DNA of 64,000 bases from Gemmatimonadaceae bacterium (lineage in GTDB: Bacteria > Gemmatimonadota > Gemmatimonadetes > Gemmatimonadales > Gemmatimonadaceae): the NCBI GenBank assembly GCA_040901985.1, contig JBBDYC010000006.1, positions 58,379 through 122,378 on the forward strand. The letters are read 5' to 3'. This document shows positions 47,201 through 54,264 of the stretch, one piece after another. A program made the position numbers and the translations under genes. The notes beneath the pieces are model-generated. The model did no database searches. It was not told the DNA's origin and worked only from the letters and a program-made list of their open reading frames with translations. Each line of letters opens with the position of its first letter. The first letter of the stretch is position 1.

Positions 47201-47452
47201 TGCCGCCAGCGCCCGCAGACGGCGAAGGGGTTCTGCTTCCTCACGCTGGAGGACGAGACGGGGACGGTGAATGTAGTGATCACGCCGGCGCGGTATGAGG
47301 AGCAGGCGCAGCTGATCTCCACCTCACCGCTGTTGCTCGTGCGCGGCGTGCTGCAGGTGGCGCAGGGGGTCTACAACATCCGGGCCAAGGACTTCGTCGC
47401 GATGCGGGCGGGGGCCGGGGAGGAGTCGGTGCGGGGGCACGATTATCGGTGA
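44213..47452 (+). CDS. dnaE2: Error-prone DNA polymerase III alpha (ImuC)
   Basis: FAELHCHSTFSLLDGAS, GRGSAANS, PDIDID, KIDLLGLGML, YGFPESHAASF, NAQPMGFY, RQRPQTAKG; ATG at 44213. Confidence 0.95.
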   Translation: MIDRPRPAFAELHCHSTFSLLDGASDPEPLVERALELGLAALALTDHDDVGGVVRFGTAAAAAGLPGILGAELTVEVSLPGKRAGLPPRLTHLVCLAESREGWGNITTLITRAREEHARGSPRVGLELLAAHADGIFALSGCPRGWVPQLLAAGVPAAARRAAGTLAEIFRGRFALECWDHSLPEERALTRALVPLARALDLPWVVTNDVHYARRRDRAAHDVLSALRHGATLDEMGTRLRPNGEWHLKGYAQLAERWRGMEEGLTATLPIAERCAFRLAALKPAFPLYPGLPAGVTADEYLATLVERGAQERWGWKRTARHDRQIERELTLIARLGLAGYFLIVWDIARFARREGILCQGRGSAANSAICYCLDITAVDPIAHNLLFERFLSEERQEYPDIDIDFAHRERERVLQYVYERYGRDHAAMVCEHITWRNRSAIRDAARTLGFSPDQADALVRSLERRDPGRRKAPEGPIPMAASGFDGRDPRVQKLAGIIEGLRGAPRHRGIHVGGFVLTAEPLHTVVAIEPASMEDRTVIQWEKDDLDGAGLIKIDLLGLGMLTVLQDCLAYLRTTRGKRIDLGQLEQDPAVYDDLCRADSVGVFQVESRAQMNTLPRLKPRNFYDLVVQVSLIRPGPIQGDMVNPYLRRRAGLEPVTYLHPSLESVLKRTLGVPLFQEQGMQVAVAAARFTPGEADTLRKAMGYKRTRRKMAEIGQRMLDGMKANGIADDVAQRIFHQIEGFADYGFPESHAASFALIVYASAYLRHHYAPEFLCAMLNAQPMGFYAPGTLIEDARRHGVRVAPVNVRRSSWDHTLEPSPRPGAPPIVRLGLRAVIGLGGHSRERIERACGLRVPEHGGKAPRPFTSIADFVHRTGLDRRALRALAGAGAFDVFVQDEPPARRRRAALWGVLVAERESSATLTLPLFPESKVPESLPAFAPVELTEADYRLTGLSLNGHPLKHLRPLLDPNGVSTARGLRRHRDGERVAHAGLVICRQRPQTAKGFCFLTLEDETGTVNVVITPARYEEQAQLISTSPLLLVRGVLQVAQGVYNIRAKDFVAMRAGAGEESVRGHDYR

Positions 47453-47469
47453 GGGCACCGCACCTCCCG

Positions 47470-49755
47470 CTACCCCGCCAGCGCCTGCGGCTCCCGCAGC
47501 CGCTCCTCCCCGCCCCCACCGTCCAGGAAGTGCCCGAAGTGCTCGCGGAACGTTTTCGCGATCACCGGATCGAGGTCCGGCGTGACGGGCAGTTCGCTGT
47601 CGAGCACCACGCCGCCGGCCAGCTCGATCCGCGCCCTGAGCGACGCCAGGTCGTGCCCGTCCTCGCTGAAGTGCGCGAGGTATCCGGCGAGGTGGAACGT
47701 CGTGACCACCGTCGCCCCGCGGAGGCGCGCAATCATCTCGGCCCCCGCCGCGCGGAGGTCCGACCCCTCGTCGAGTATCACCGGTTCGGCGCAGGCCAGA
47801 TGCATCCGGCCGAGCCGGATCCGGCCGCGCCAGACGTCGCCGAGCCACTTGTAGAAGGGCCCGATCCGCAACGGTGCCTTGGGCAACCCCGCAAGCTCGC
47901 GCGCGAAGACCGATTCCTCGGGGATGCGGTCGTAGGTGATCGCGATCGGGAAGAGTGCCGACGGGCGCCCGCTCTCTTGGAGGCAACGCATCAGTCCGCG
48001 CTTGGGCGAGAGGAAGGCGCGCGAGCGGCTCCGCTGCCCCTCGATGAAGAACTCGATCACCTCGCCGCGGTCCACCAACGCCTTGACGCGGCGCGAGAGG
48101 TCACGGTTCTCGCGCGACGCCCCGCGCTCCACGTAGAACGCGTGGACGAGCCCGAGGAGCCGCCCGAGGATCGGCAGCCGCCCGAACTCCGCCGCCGCGG
48201 CGATCTGCGGCACGCGGATCCCAAGGTCGGGACGCGCAAAGGCGAGCACCGAGCAGAGGACGAAGTCGAAGAAGCTCCGGTGCGACGGCAGGAGCGCGAT
48301 GGACGCGCCCTCCGGCACCGCGAGCCGCGCCCGCTCGAACGACGGCACGTCCACCGTCACGCGGTCGGCCACGCGGCGCAGCACCTTGATGGACAGCCAG
48401 CAGGCGAAGCGCACGAACAGGTTGCCCGAGGGTTGCGTCGCCGCCCAGCGCCAGTCGCTGATCTGCGGCGCGCTGGTGCGGCCGGCGAGCACCCACTCGC
48501 GGTCGTCCTGGTCGAAGACGTGGCGGGAGATGCCGCGGCAGACGGTGGACACGAGTTCCAGCGGCCGGAAGCGATCATCCAGCGGCACCGACGTCGCGAA
48601 GTCGAACGTCCGACTCGTGAAGTACGGGAAGGCGTCGTTGAGATAGGCGAGGCGCGAGGCCAGCTTCTTGCCCTGCCGCCGGCGGCCCGCCGAGAAGAGT
48701 CCGGCAAGGACCATCGGCACCCGGTGATGGACGAAGTCCGCCATCACATACCGGGCGCCGGCGGGACCGAGGTAGCCGCGGAGCGGCCAGCGGTCAATCG
48801 GCTGCAGCCGGAAATGCCGCTCGATCTCCGCCCAGCAGTCGTGCACCGTCGCCGCACGCGCGGCGCCGGACACCGCGTGCTGCACCGTCACGTTGTCCGA
48901 GTCAATCAGGCTCGCCGCGAGCACGCGGTCCACGACGTCGTCCACCGCAATCAGGTCGAGTCGCGCCTTGGCATTGCCGATCACCGCCCGCAGGTGCCCC
49001 ATCCCGATCAACGTGACGAAGGCGCCGAACCCCGAGCTGCTGTCAATCCACCCCGGCATCGGCTGCGCCCGGGCGGCGGTGATGATGCTCGGCCGCACGA
49101 TGCTCAACCGCACTGACCCGCGCCGCTCCACCAGCAGGCACTCGGCGATGGTCTTGGTCATCGTGTAGGTGTTCGGGTGCCCCGTGCGCGCGAGCAGCTC
49201 GGCGTCGGTGGAGCGCCCGGCGTCAATCGCCTCGAGCATCCCCGAGGCCGGCTCGGGAAGCTTTACGAGTTGCTCGGCGATCACGCCGTCGTGATGCGGG
49301 GTCACGTACGCGGTGGAGACGTAGACAAACCGCGCGAGCCGCGGGGACGACCGCACCGCCTCGAGCAGGTTGAGGCTCGCCGTGATGTTCGCCTTTCCCG
49401 CCACGGCGGCCGGCAGCGTGAAGCCAACCGTCGCTGCCGAGTGGATGACGTGCGTCACGCGCGCCAGCAGGGCCCTGTGGTCGGCCGACTGGCCGAGCGT
49501 GGGGTCGGAGAGGTCGGCGTCAAGCACCTTCACGGCACGCGCCCACCCCGGCTCGAAGTCGGCGAAGCAGGGCGCTGCGATGACCTCCTCACGGAACCGG
49601 TCGGCGGCGCTGCGATTCCCGCGCGCGCGCACCACGACGATGATCTCCTCGACCGCGAACTCGTCGCGTCGCCGGATCAGCTCGTGCAGTAGCACCTTAC
49701 CGACGAACCCCGTCACGCCGGTGACGAGGTAGGTGCGTGTCCAGTGCGCGGTCAT
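47470..49755 (-). CDS. Fusion of a fatty acyl-CoA reductase (FAR/male-sterility type) and a GNPAT/DHAPAT-like acyltransferase (FARAT-like)
   Basis: N-terminal half: TGVTGFVGK, HSAATVGF, YVSTAYV, PNTYTMTK, IVRPSII..PMPGWID. C-terminal half: LLPSHRSFFD (HxxxxD), AFYVER, FFIEGQRSRS, PIAITYDRIPEE. ATG at 49755 overlaps the AGPS stop (ATGA). Confidence 0.85.
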   Translation of the reverse strand: MTAHWTRTYLVTGVTGFVGKVLLHELIRRRDEFAVEEIIVVVRARGNRSAADRFREEVIAAPCFADFEPGWARAVKVLDADLSDPTLGQSADHRALLARVTHVIHSAATVGFTLPAAVAGKANITASLNLLEAVRSSPRLARFVYVSTAYVTPHHDGVIAEQLVKLPEPASGMLEAIDAGRSTDAELLARTGHPNTYTMTKTIAECLLVERRGSVRLSIVRPSIITAARAQPMPGWIDSSSGFGAFVTLIGMGHLRAVIGNAKARLDLIAVDDVVDRVLAASLIDSDNVTVQHAVSGAARAATVHDCWAEIERHFRLQPIDRWPLRGYLGPAGARYVMADFVHHRVPMVLAGLFSAGRRRQGKKLASRLAYLNDAFPYFTSRTFDFATSVPLDDRFRPLELVSTVCRGISRHVFDQDDREWVLAGRTSAPQISDWRWAATQPSGNLFVRFACWLSIKVLRRVADRVTVDVPSFERARLAVPEGASIALLPSHRSFFDFVLCSVLAFARPDLGIRVPQIAAAAEFGRLPILGRLLGLVHAFYVERGASRENRDLSRRVKALVDRGEVIEFFIEGQRSRSRAFLSPKRGLMRCLQESGRPSALFPIAITYDRIPEESVFARELAGLPKAPLRIGPFYKWLGDVWRGRIRLGRMHLACAEPVILDEGSDLRAAGAEMIARLRGATVVTTFHLAGYLAHFSEDGHDLASLRARIELAGGVVLDSELPVTPDLDPVIAKTFREHFGHFLDGGGGEERLREPQALAG

Positions 49756-51521
49756 GCCTTCCCCGCCCCGAAGAGGTTGCGGGGGTCCACGGCCGCCTTC
49801 ACCGCACGCTGCCAGGTGAGCGCGGCCGGGGAGAGCACACGAGGGAGGAATTCCTTTCGCAACTGACCGACGCCGTGGTGGTGTGAGAGCGACCCGCCGC
49901 TCTTCAGGATCTCGTCGCGGGCCGCGCGTTCCAGTATGCCGAACGTCTCGATCGGCCGCGCTGAACCGCCGTGAAAGAAGCCAAAATAAAAATAGACGCA
50001 GACGCCGCTGCCATAGAGCTGGGTGACGCGCGCGGTGACGAAGGGCCGGCCCGGAAGGCCCGTCCTCGCGTACTCGTCGTAGAGCCGCTGCTTCACCCGG
50101 TCGCAGAGCGTGACCGTGTCGCTCCACGCCACCGAGGTCTCGAACGACTCCGCCACCACGCCGAGCTTCATCACGAAGTCGCGCAGGTAGGCGATGCCAA
50201 ACGTGAGCTGATAGCCCTTGCGCCCATTCTCGGCGCCGGCGTGCATCCCGCCGTACTTCCGCGACAGCCGGTTTACCGCGGCGCGTTGCTGCGCCACCTC
50301 GCGCCGCTCGCCCTCGAAAAGGAGCGTGCAGGCGACCATCTGTTGCGGATCGAGGCCCTTCACCCTGGTGACAATCCACTTCTCGAGCTTTCGCTTCCAG
50401 GTCGCGGCGCCGGTCGCCTTCGGCTTCAGCGTCTGGCTGAGCTGGAACTGGAGGTTGTCCACCAGTCGGACGCTCGCCGGCACGCTCCCTTCGCGGCTCA
50501 GCTCGTGCAGGAACTCCACCCCCGTCTCGAAACTCGGAAAGAGGATGGCATCGTGCTGCTCGGTCTCGGGCACCGGGCGCAGCTTCACGACCGCCTGCGT
50601 GACGATGCCGAGCTGTCCCTCCGAGCCGTAGATCCAGCGGCGCGGGTCGGCGCCAATGGACTCGCGCGGCACCACCGGCGTGCGCGAGACGATTCCCGCC
50701 TCGGTCACGATCCGGACGTCGAGCACGAGGTCCTCGATGTTCCCGTAGCGGTTCTTCTTCATCCCGCTGGCGTGGGTGGCAATCCACCCGCCGAGGGTCG
50801 AGAACTCGTAGCTGTCGGGCTCGTGGCCCATCGTGAAGCCGTGCTTGGCGAGGGCGTCGGTGATGTGCCGTCCGATGGCGCCGGCCTCGATGCACGCCGT
50901 GCGGTTGACCGTATCTATCCAGAGGATGCGGTTCATCCGACGCGTGTCCACCGAGACGATCATCCGCTCTTCGTCGGCCGCGCAGCGGAGCGCGTCGGTC
51001 ACGTTCGTGCCGCCGCCGAACGCGACGAGCGAGACGTCGTGCCGCGCCGCAAGCTGGACGATCGTCGTGACGTGCTCCTCGCTCTCCGGATAGACCACGA
51101 GGTCGGGCACGCGCGACAGGCCGCCGTTCCGGACCGCGTAGATCTCCTCAACCGTGTGCCCGTGGCCGTGACGCAGGCGCACCAGCGGCGCGCTCGAGAG
51201 GGCCGCCGCCGGGAGCCGCTGCCTGAGCGCGTTCACGAAGGCGTCGTTGGTCCGCGCGGCCGGCACCGGCGGCGGGTAGTGCCCGTTGTCGAGCGCGGCC
51301 GTGTTGAACGTCACCCCCATCACGCCCTGCACCCACGGCACGAGGTCGGGCAGCTCGAGCCCGCTCAGCGCGTAGCGCGTGCCGCCGAGCGAGACGTTGC
51401 CGTTGGGAAGAATCGTGAACTGGGTATCGCTGAAGCCCCAGGCATCGGGGGCGAGAATCGCATCGGCATCCACCGGCAACGCGATGGGAGCGACGGTGTT
51501 GGAGTCGCGGGTCTGAGGCAT
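49752..51521 (-). CDS. Alkyl-dihydroxyacetonephosphate synthase (AGPS/ADPS), FAD-dependent
   Basis: WGFSDTQF, RHGHGHT, GGGTNV, GHEPDSYEFSTLGGWIATHASGMKKNRYGNIED, GSEG, PASVRLVDN, ESFETS, RVTQLY..GVCVYFYF, GGSLSHHHGVG; start MPQTR at 51521 inferred. Confidence 0.9.
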   Translation of the reverse strand: MPQTRDSNTVAPIALPVDADAILAPDAWGFSDTQFTILPNGNVSLGGTRYALSGLELPDLVPWVQGVMGVTFNTAALDNGHYPPPVPAARTNDAFVNALRQRLPAAALSSAPLVRLRHGHGHTVEEIYAVRNGGLSRVPDLVVYPESEEHVTTIVQLAARHDVSLVAFGGGTNVTDALRCAADEERMIVSVDTRRMNRILWIDTVNRTACIEAGAIGRHITDALAKHGFTMGHEPDSYEFSTLGGWIATHASGMKKNRYGNIEDLVLDVRIVTEAGIVSRTPVVPRESIGADPRRWIYGSEGQLGIVTQAVVKLRPVPETEQHDAILFPSFETGVEFLHELSREGSVPASVRLVDNLQFQLSQTLKPKATGAATWKRKLEKWIVTRVKGLDPQQMVACTLLFEGERREVAQQRAAVNRLSRKYGGMHAGAENGRKGYQLTFGIAYLRDFVMKLGVVAESFETSVAWSDTVTLCDRVKQRLYDEYARTGLPGRPFVTARVTQLYGSGVCVYFYFGFFHGGSARPIETFGILERAARDEILKSGGSLSHHHGVGQLRKEFLPRVLSPAALTWQRAVKAAVDPRNLFGAGKA

Positions 51522-51567
51522 CAGTTGAGGAAGGAGGTCGTGCGGGAAATCTAGCGCAGTCGCGGGC

Positions 51568-52323
51568 TCAAGACGCCTGGGCGGACCGGGCATCGCGCAT
51601 TTCCTGCTCCACGCGCGTCCGGGCATCCACGCCCGGGACCCATCGCCGCAGGAAGCGCTCGAGCCGCGCGAAGACCCGATACCGCTCAAAGAGCGGGTTC
51701 CACAGTCCCACCGTGATGCAGTAGTAGGTGTCGTGGGGGCTCGTGTGGTGCCGGTCGTGGTGGTCCTTGGAGATGATGAGCCCGGCCCTCTGGAGCGCCC
51801 GCACCGGCGCCGGCGGCAGATCCTGGTGCGCCCACTTATGCACCTGGTTGGTCAGGAAGGCCGCCAGCAGCAGTACAAGGACGAACAGCCCGGTCAGGAA
51901 TCCAAGTCTGGTCTCCATCACCGGGACGAGGACCACCGTGGGGATCAGGACGGGGAGGCACACGAGGGCGTTGTTTCCGTTCGCCTCGAAAAAGCCGTGG
52001 CGGGTGATCCCCTTGGGGTCCCGGTGATGCTCGCGGAACGGGAGCACGAACCCCGGCCCGACGAAGGGCGTCTCGGGCGTGCCAAAGTTGTCGGCGAGGA
52101 AGTGCACCACGCCGGAGAGCAGGTCCGCCGCGAGGTAGGCCGCAATCGCCACGACGACGAAGAGCCAGACCGGCATCGGATTGACCTGGATGGCGCGCCA
52201 GACCATCGCGGCGAGGACGCCCATCAGGCCGAAATAGGCCAGATAGCCGACGAGCTGCAACCGACTGTGGAAGGCGGTCCGGGGCCCAGGGGCCGTGTGC
52301 GCGAGCTCGGCGAGGGTGTCCAC
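51568..52323 (-). CDS. carF: CarF/TMEM189 (PEDS1) family lipid desaturase, probable plasmanylethanolamine desaturase
   Basis: Four hydrophobic segments plus His boxes ADLLSGVVHFLAD, FREHHRDPKGITRH, TNQVHKWAH, HHDRHHTSPH and YCITVGLWN. Confidence 0.87.
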   Translation of the reverse strand: MDTLAELAHTAPGPRTAFHSRLQLVGYLAYFGLMGVLAAMVWRAIQVNPMPVWLFVVVAIAAYLAADLLSGVVHFLADNFGTPETPFVGPGFVLPFREHHRDPKGITRHGFFEANGNNALVCLPVLIPTVVLVPVMETRLGFLTGLFVLVLLLAAFLTNQVHKWAHQDLPPAPVRALQRAGLIISKDHHDRHHTSPHDTYYCITVGLWNPLFERYRVFARLERFLRRWVPGVDARTRVEQEMRDARSAQAS

Positions 52324-52476
52324 AAATTCGATTCTATAGAGCCGTGGCCCGTCGCGCTACAGCCGCACCGGGGTCCGGGTCGGGGTTTCTCCCCGGTGCG
52401 GCGAGGCCCTCCCCCGCTTGCCGGGAGGAGAACAGGGAGCGAACCTTGCTCTATCCTCCCGGGGGTCAGTTCAACG

Positions 52477-54264
52477 ATGGCGGCGACAAACGTTTCAGAT
52501 CCACGGTACTACCACAAAGTCGTAGACTGTCAGTGGGCCTGTCCGGCCCACACGAACGTCCCCGGCTACCTGCGCCTCATCGCGCAGGGCCGGTACGACG
52601 ACTCGTATATGCTCAATCGCGAGTCCAACGTCTTCCCGGGGATTCTCGGCCGCACCTGCGACCGTCCCTGCGAGCCGGCTTGCCGGCGTGTGCGCGTGGA
52701 GGAGAAGCCGGTCGCGATCTGCCGGCTCAAGCGCGTCGCCGCCGACCTCCGCGGCGATATCCGCAACCGACTCCCCAAGGCGCCCAAGCGGAAGAACGGG
52801 AAGCGGATCGCCTGCGTCGGCGCCGGCCCCGCCTCGCTGACCATCGCCAACGACCTCCTCCCGCTCGGTTACGACGTCACGATCTTCGACCGCAATCCGC
52901 AGCCCGGCGGGTTGATGCGAATCAACATCCCCGCGTTTCGGCTGCCCGCCGAGGTGCTCGACGAGGAGTGCGCCTACATCATCGAGATGGGCGCGACGAT
53001 GAAGTACAACACGCCGATTGACAGCATGAAGGCGCTGCTTGCCGAAGGATACGACGCGATCTTCGTCGGGAGCGGCGCCCCCAAGGGGAAGGAGCTCGAC
53101 ATCCCCGGCCGCTGGGACGCGCCCGACCAGGTGCACATCGGCATCGAGTGGCTCGCCAACATCCACTTCGGCCACGTCGAGACGATCGAGCCGCGCGTCC
53201 TGATCATCGGCGTCGGCAACACGGCAATGGACTGCTGCCGCACCGCCAAGCGCGTCGGCGCCACCGACGTGAAGGTCATCGCGCGCCGCGGCCGCAAGCA
53301 CTTCAAGGCCTCGCCCTGGGAACTCGAGGACGCCGAGGAGGAGCTGGTCGAGATCATCGAGAACCACGCGCCCAAGCGGTTCATCGTCGAGGACGGGAAG
53401 GTCAAGGGAATGGAGTTCGAGGTCCTCGACTGGACCGAGGACGCCAAGGGGAAGCAGCGGAGCACGGTGCTCCGCACCGCGATCATCCCCTGTGACGCGG
53501 TGATCCTCGCGATTGGCCAGGACAATGCCTTCCCGTGGATCGAACGCGACATCGGGATCGAGTTCGGCGAGTGGGATATGCCGGTGGTGGACCGCCAGAC
53601 CTTCCAGAGTTCGCTTCCCGGCGTCTACTTTGGTGGCGACGCCGCGTGGGGGCCGGAGAACATCATCTGGGCGGTGGCGCACGGGCACGAGGCGGCGATC
53701 TCGATCCACGCCCAGTGCGAGCAGCGCTCCATCACCGCGCGGCCGCCGCACGGGATGACGCTCGTCAGCGCGAAGGTCGGGATGCACAGCTGGGGCTACG
53801 ACAACGACTACGAGACGGCGCGCCGCGCCAAGATGACCCACGAGGAGCTCACCAAGCGCTTCAGCGACATCGGCGTGGAGGTCGAGCTCGGCTTCACGCC
53901 CGAACAGACCGCCGCCGAGGTGCAGCGCTGCCTCAACTGCGACATCCAGACGCACTTCACCGACGCGCTCTGCATCGAATGCGACGCCTGCGTGGACGTC
54001 TGCCCGACGAGTTGCCTCACCATCACCACCAACAGCACGCCGCTGGAAGAGCTCCGCACGCGTCTCACCGCACCGGCAACGAACCTCAAGCAGGAGATCT
54101 ACGTCTCCGGCGCGCTCCCGCAGACCAAGCGGGTGATGGTGAAGGACGAGGACGTCTGCCTGCACTGCGGCCTCTGCGCCGAGCGCTGTCCGACCGCGGC
54201 GTGGGATATGCGGACCTTTGACCTCAAGCTTCCCTATGCCGGTCGCGAGCAGGTGACCCGATGA
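52477..54264 (+). CDS. GltD-like FAD/NAD(P)-binding Fe-S oxidoreductase with C-terminal 2x[4Fe-4S] domain (KorC-like)
   Basis: CQWACP, CDRPCEPAC, GAGPAS, GVGNTAMD, RCLNC, CIECDACVDVCP, CLHCGLCAERCP; ATG at 52477. Confidence 0.85.
   Translation: MAATNVSDPRYYHKVVDCQWACPAHTNVPGYLRLIAQGRYDDSYMLNRESNVFPGILGRTCDRPCEPACRRVRVEEKPVAICRLKRVAADLRGDIRNRLPKAPKRKNGKRIACVGAGPASLTIANDLLPLGYDVTIFDRNPQPGGLMRINIPAFRLPAEVLDEECAYIIEMGATMKYNTPIDSMKALLAEGYDAIFVGSGAPKGKELDIPGRWDAPDQVHIGIEWLANIHFGHVETIEPRVLIIGVGNTAMDCCRTAKRVGATDVKVIARRGRKHFKASPWELEDAEEELVEIIENHAPKRFIVEDGKVKGMEFEVLDWTEDAKGKQRSTVLRTAIIPCDAVILAIGQDNAFPWIERDIGIEFGEWDMPVVDRQTFQSSLPGVYFGGDAAWGPENIIWAVAHGHEAAISIHAQCEQRSITARPPHGMTLVSAKVGMHSWGYDNDYETARRAKMTHEELTKRFSDIGVEVELGFTPEQTAAEVQRCLNCDIQTHFTDALCIECDACVDVCPTSCLTITTNSTPLEELRTRLTAPATNLKQEIYVSGALPQTKRVMVKDEDVCLHCGLCAERCPTAAWDMRTFDLKLPYAGREQVTR

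Noticed and set aside
49756..50895. Apparent 1141-aa ORF suggesting a giant AGPS-FAR-acyltransferase fusion
   Set aside because: The upstream part is Arg/Pro-rich off-frame translation of the AGPS gene. The FAR domain starts at ATG 49755, and AGPS ends with its own stop after a complete C-terminus.
41988..52323. Functional link between the mutasome and the ether-lipid cluster
   Set aside because: They are convergently transcribed and I saw no shared upstream motif; adjacency alone is not evidence.
51733..52476. N-terminal extension of the GltD-like ORF
   Set aside because: It is antisense to carF and spans the divergent promoter region; homologous sequence starts at ATG 52477.
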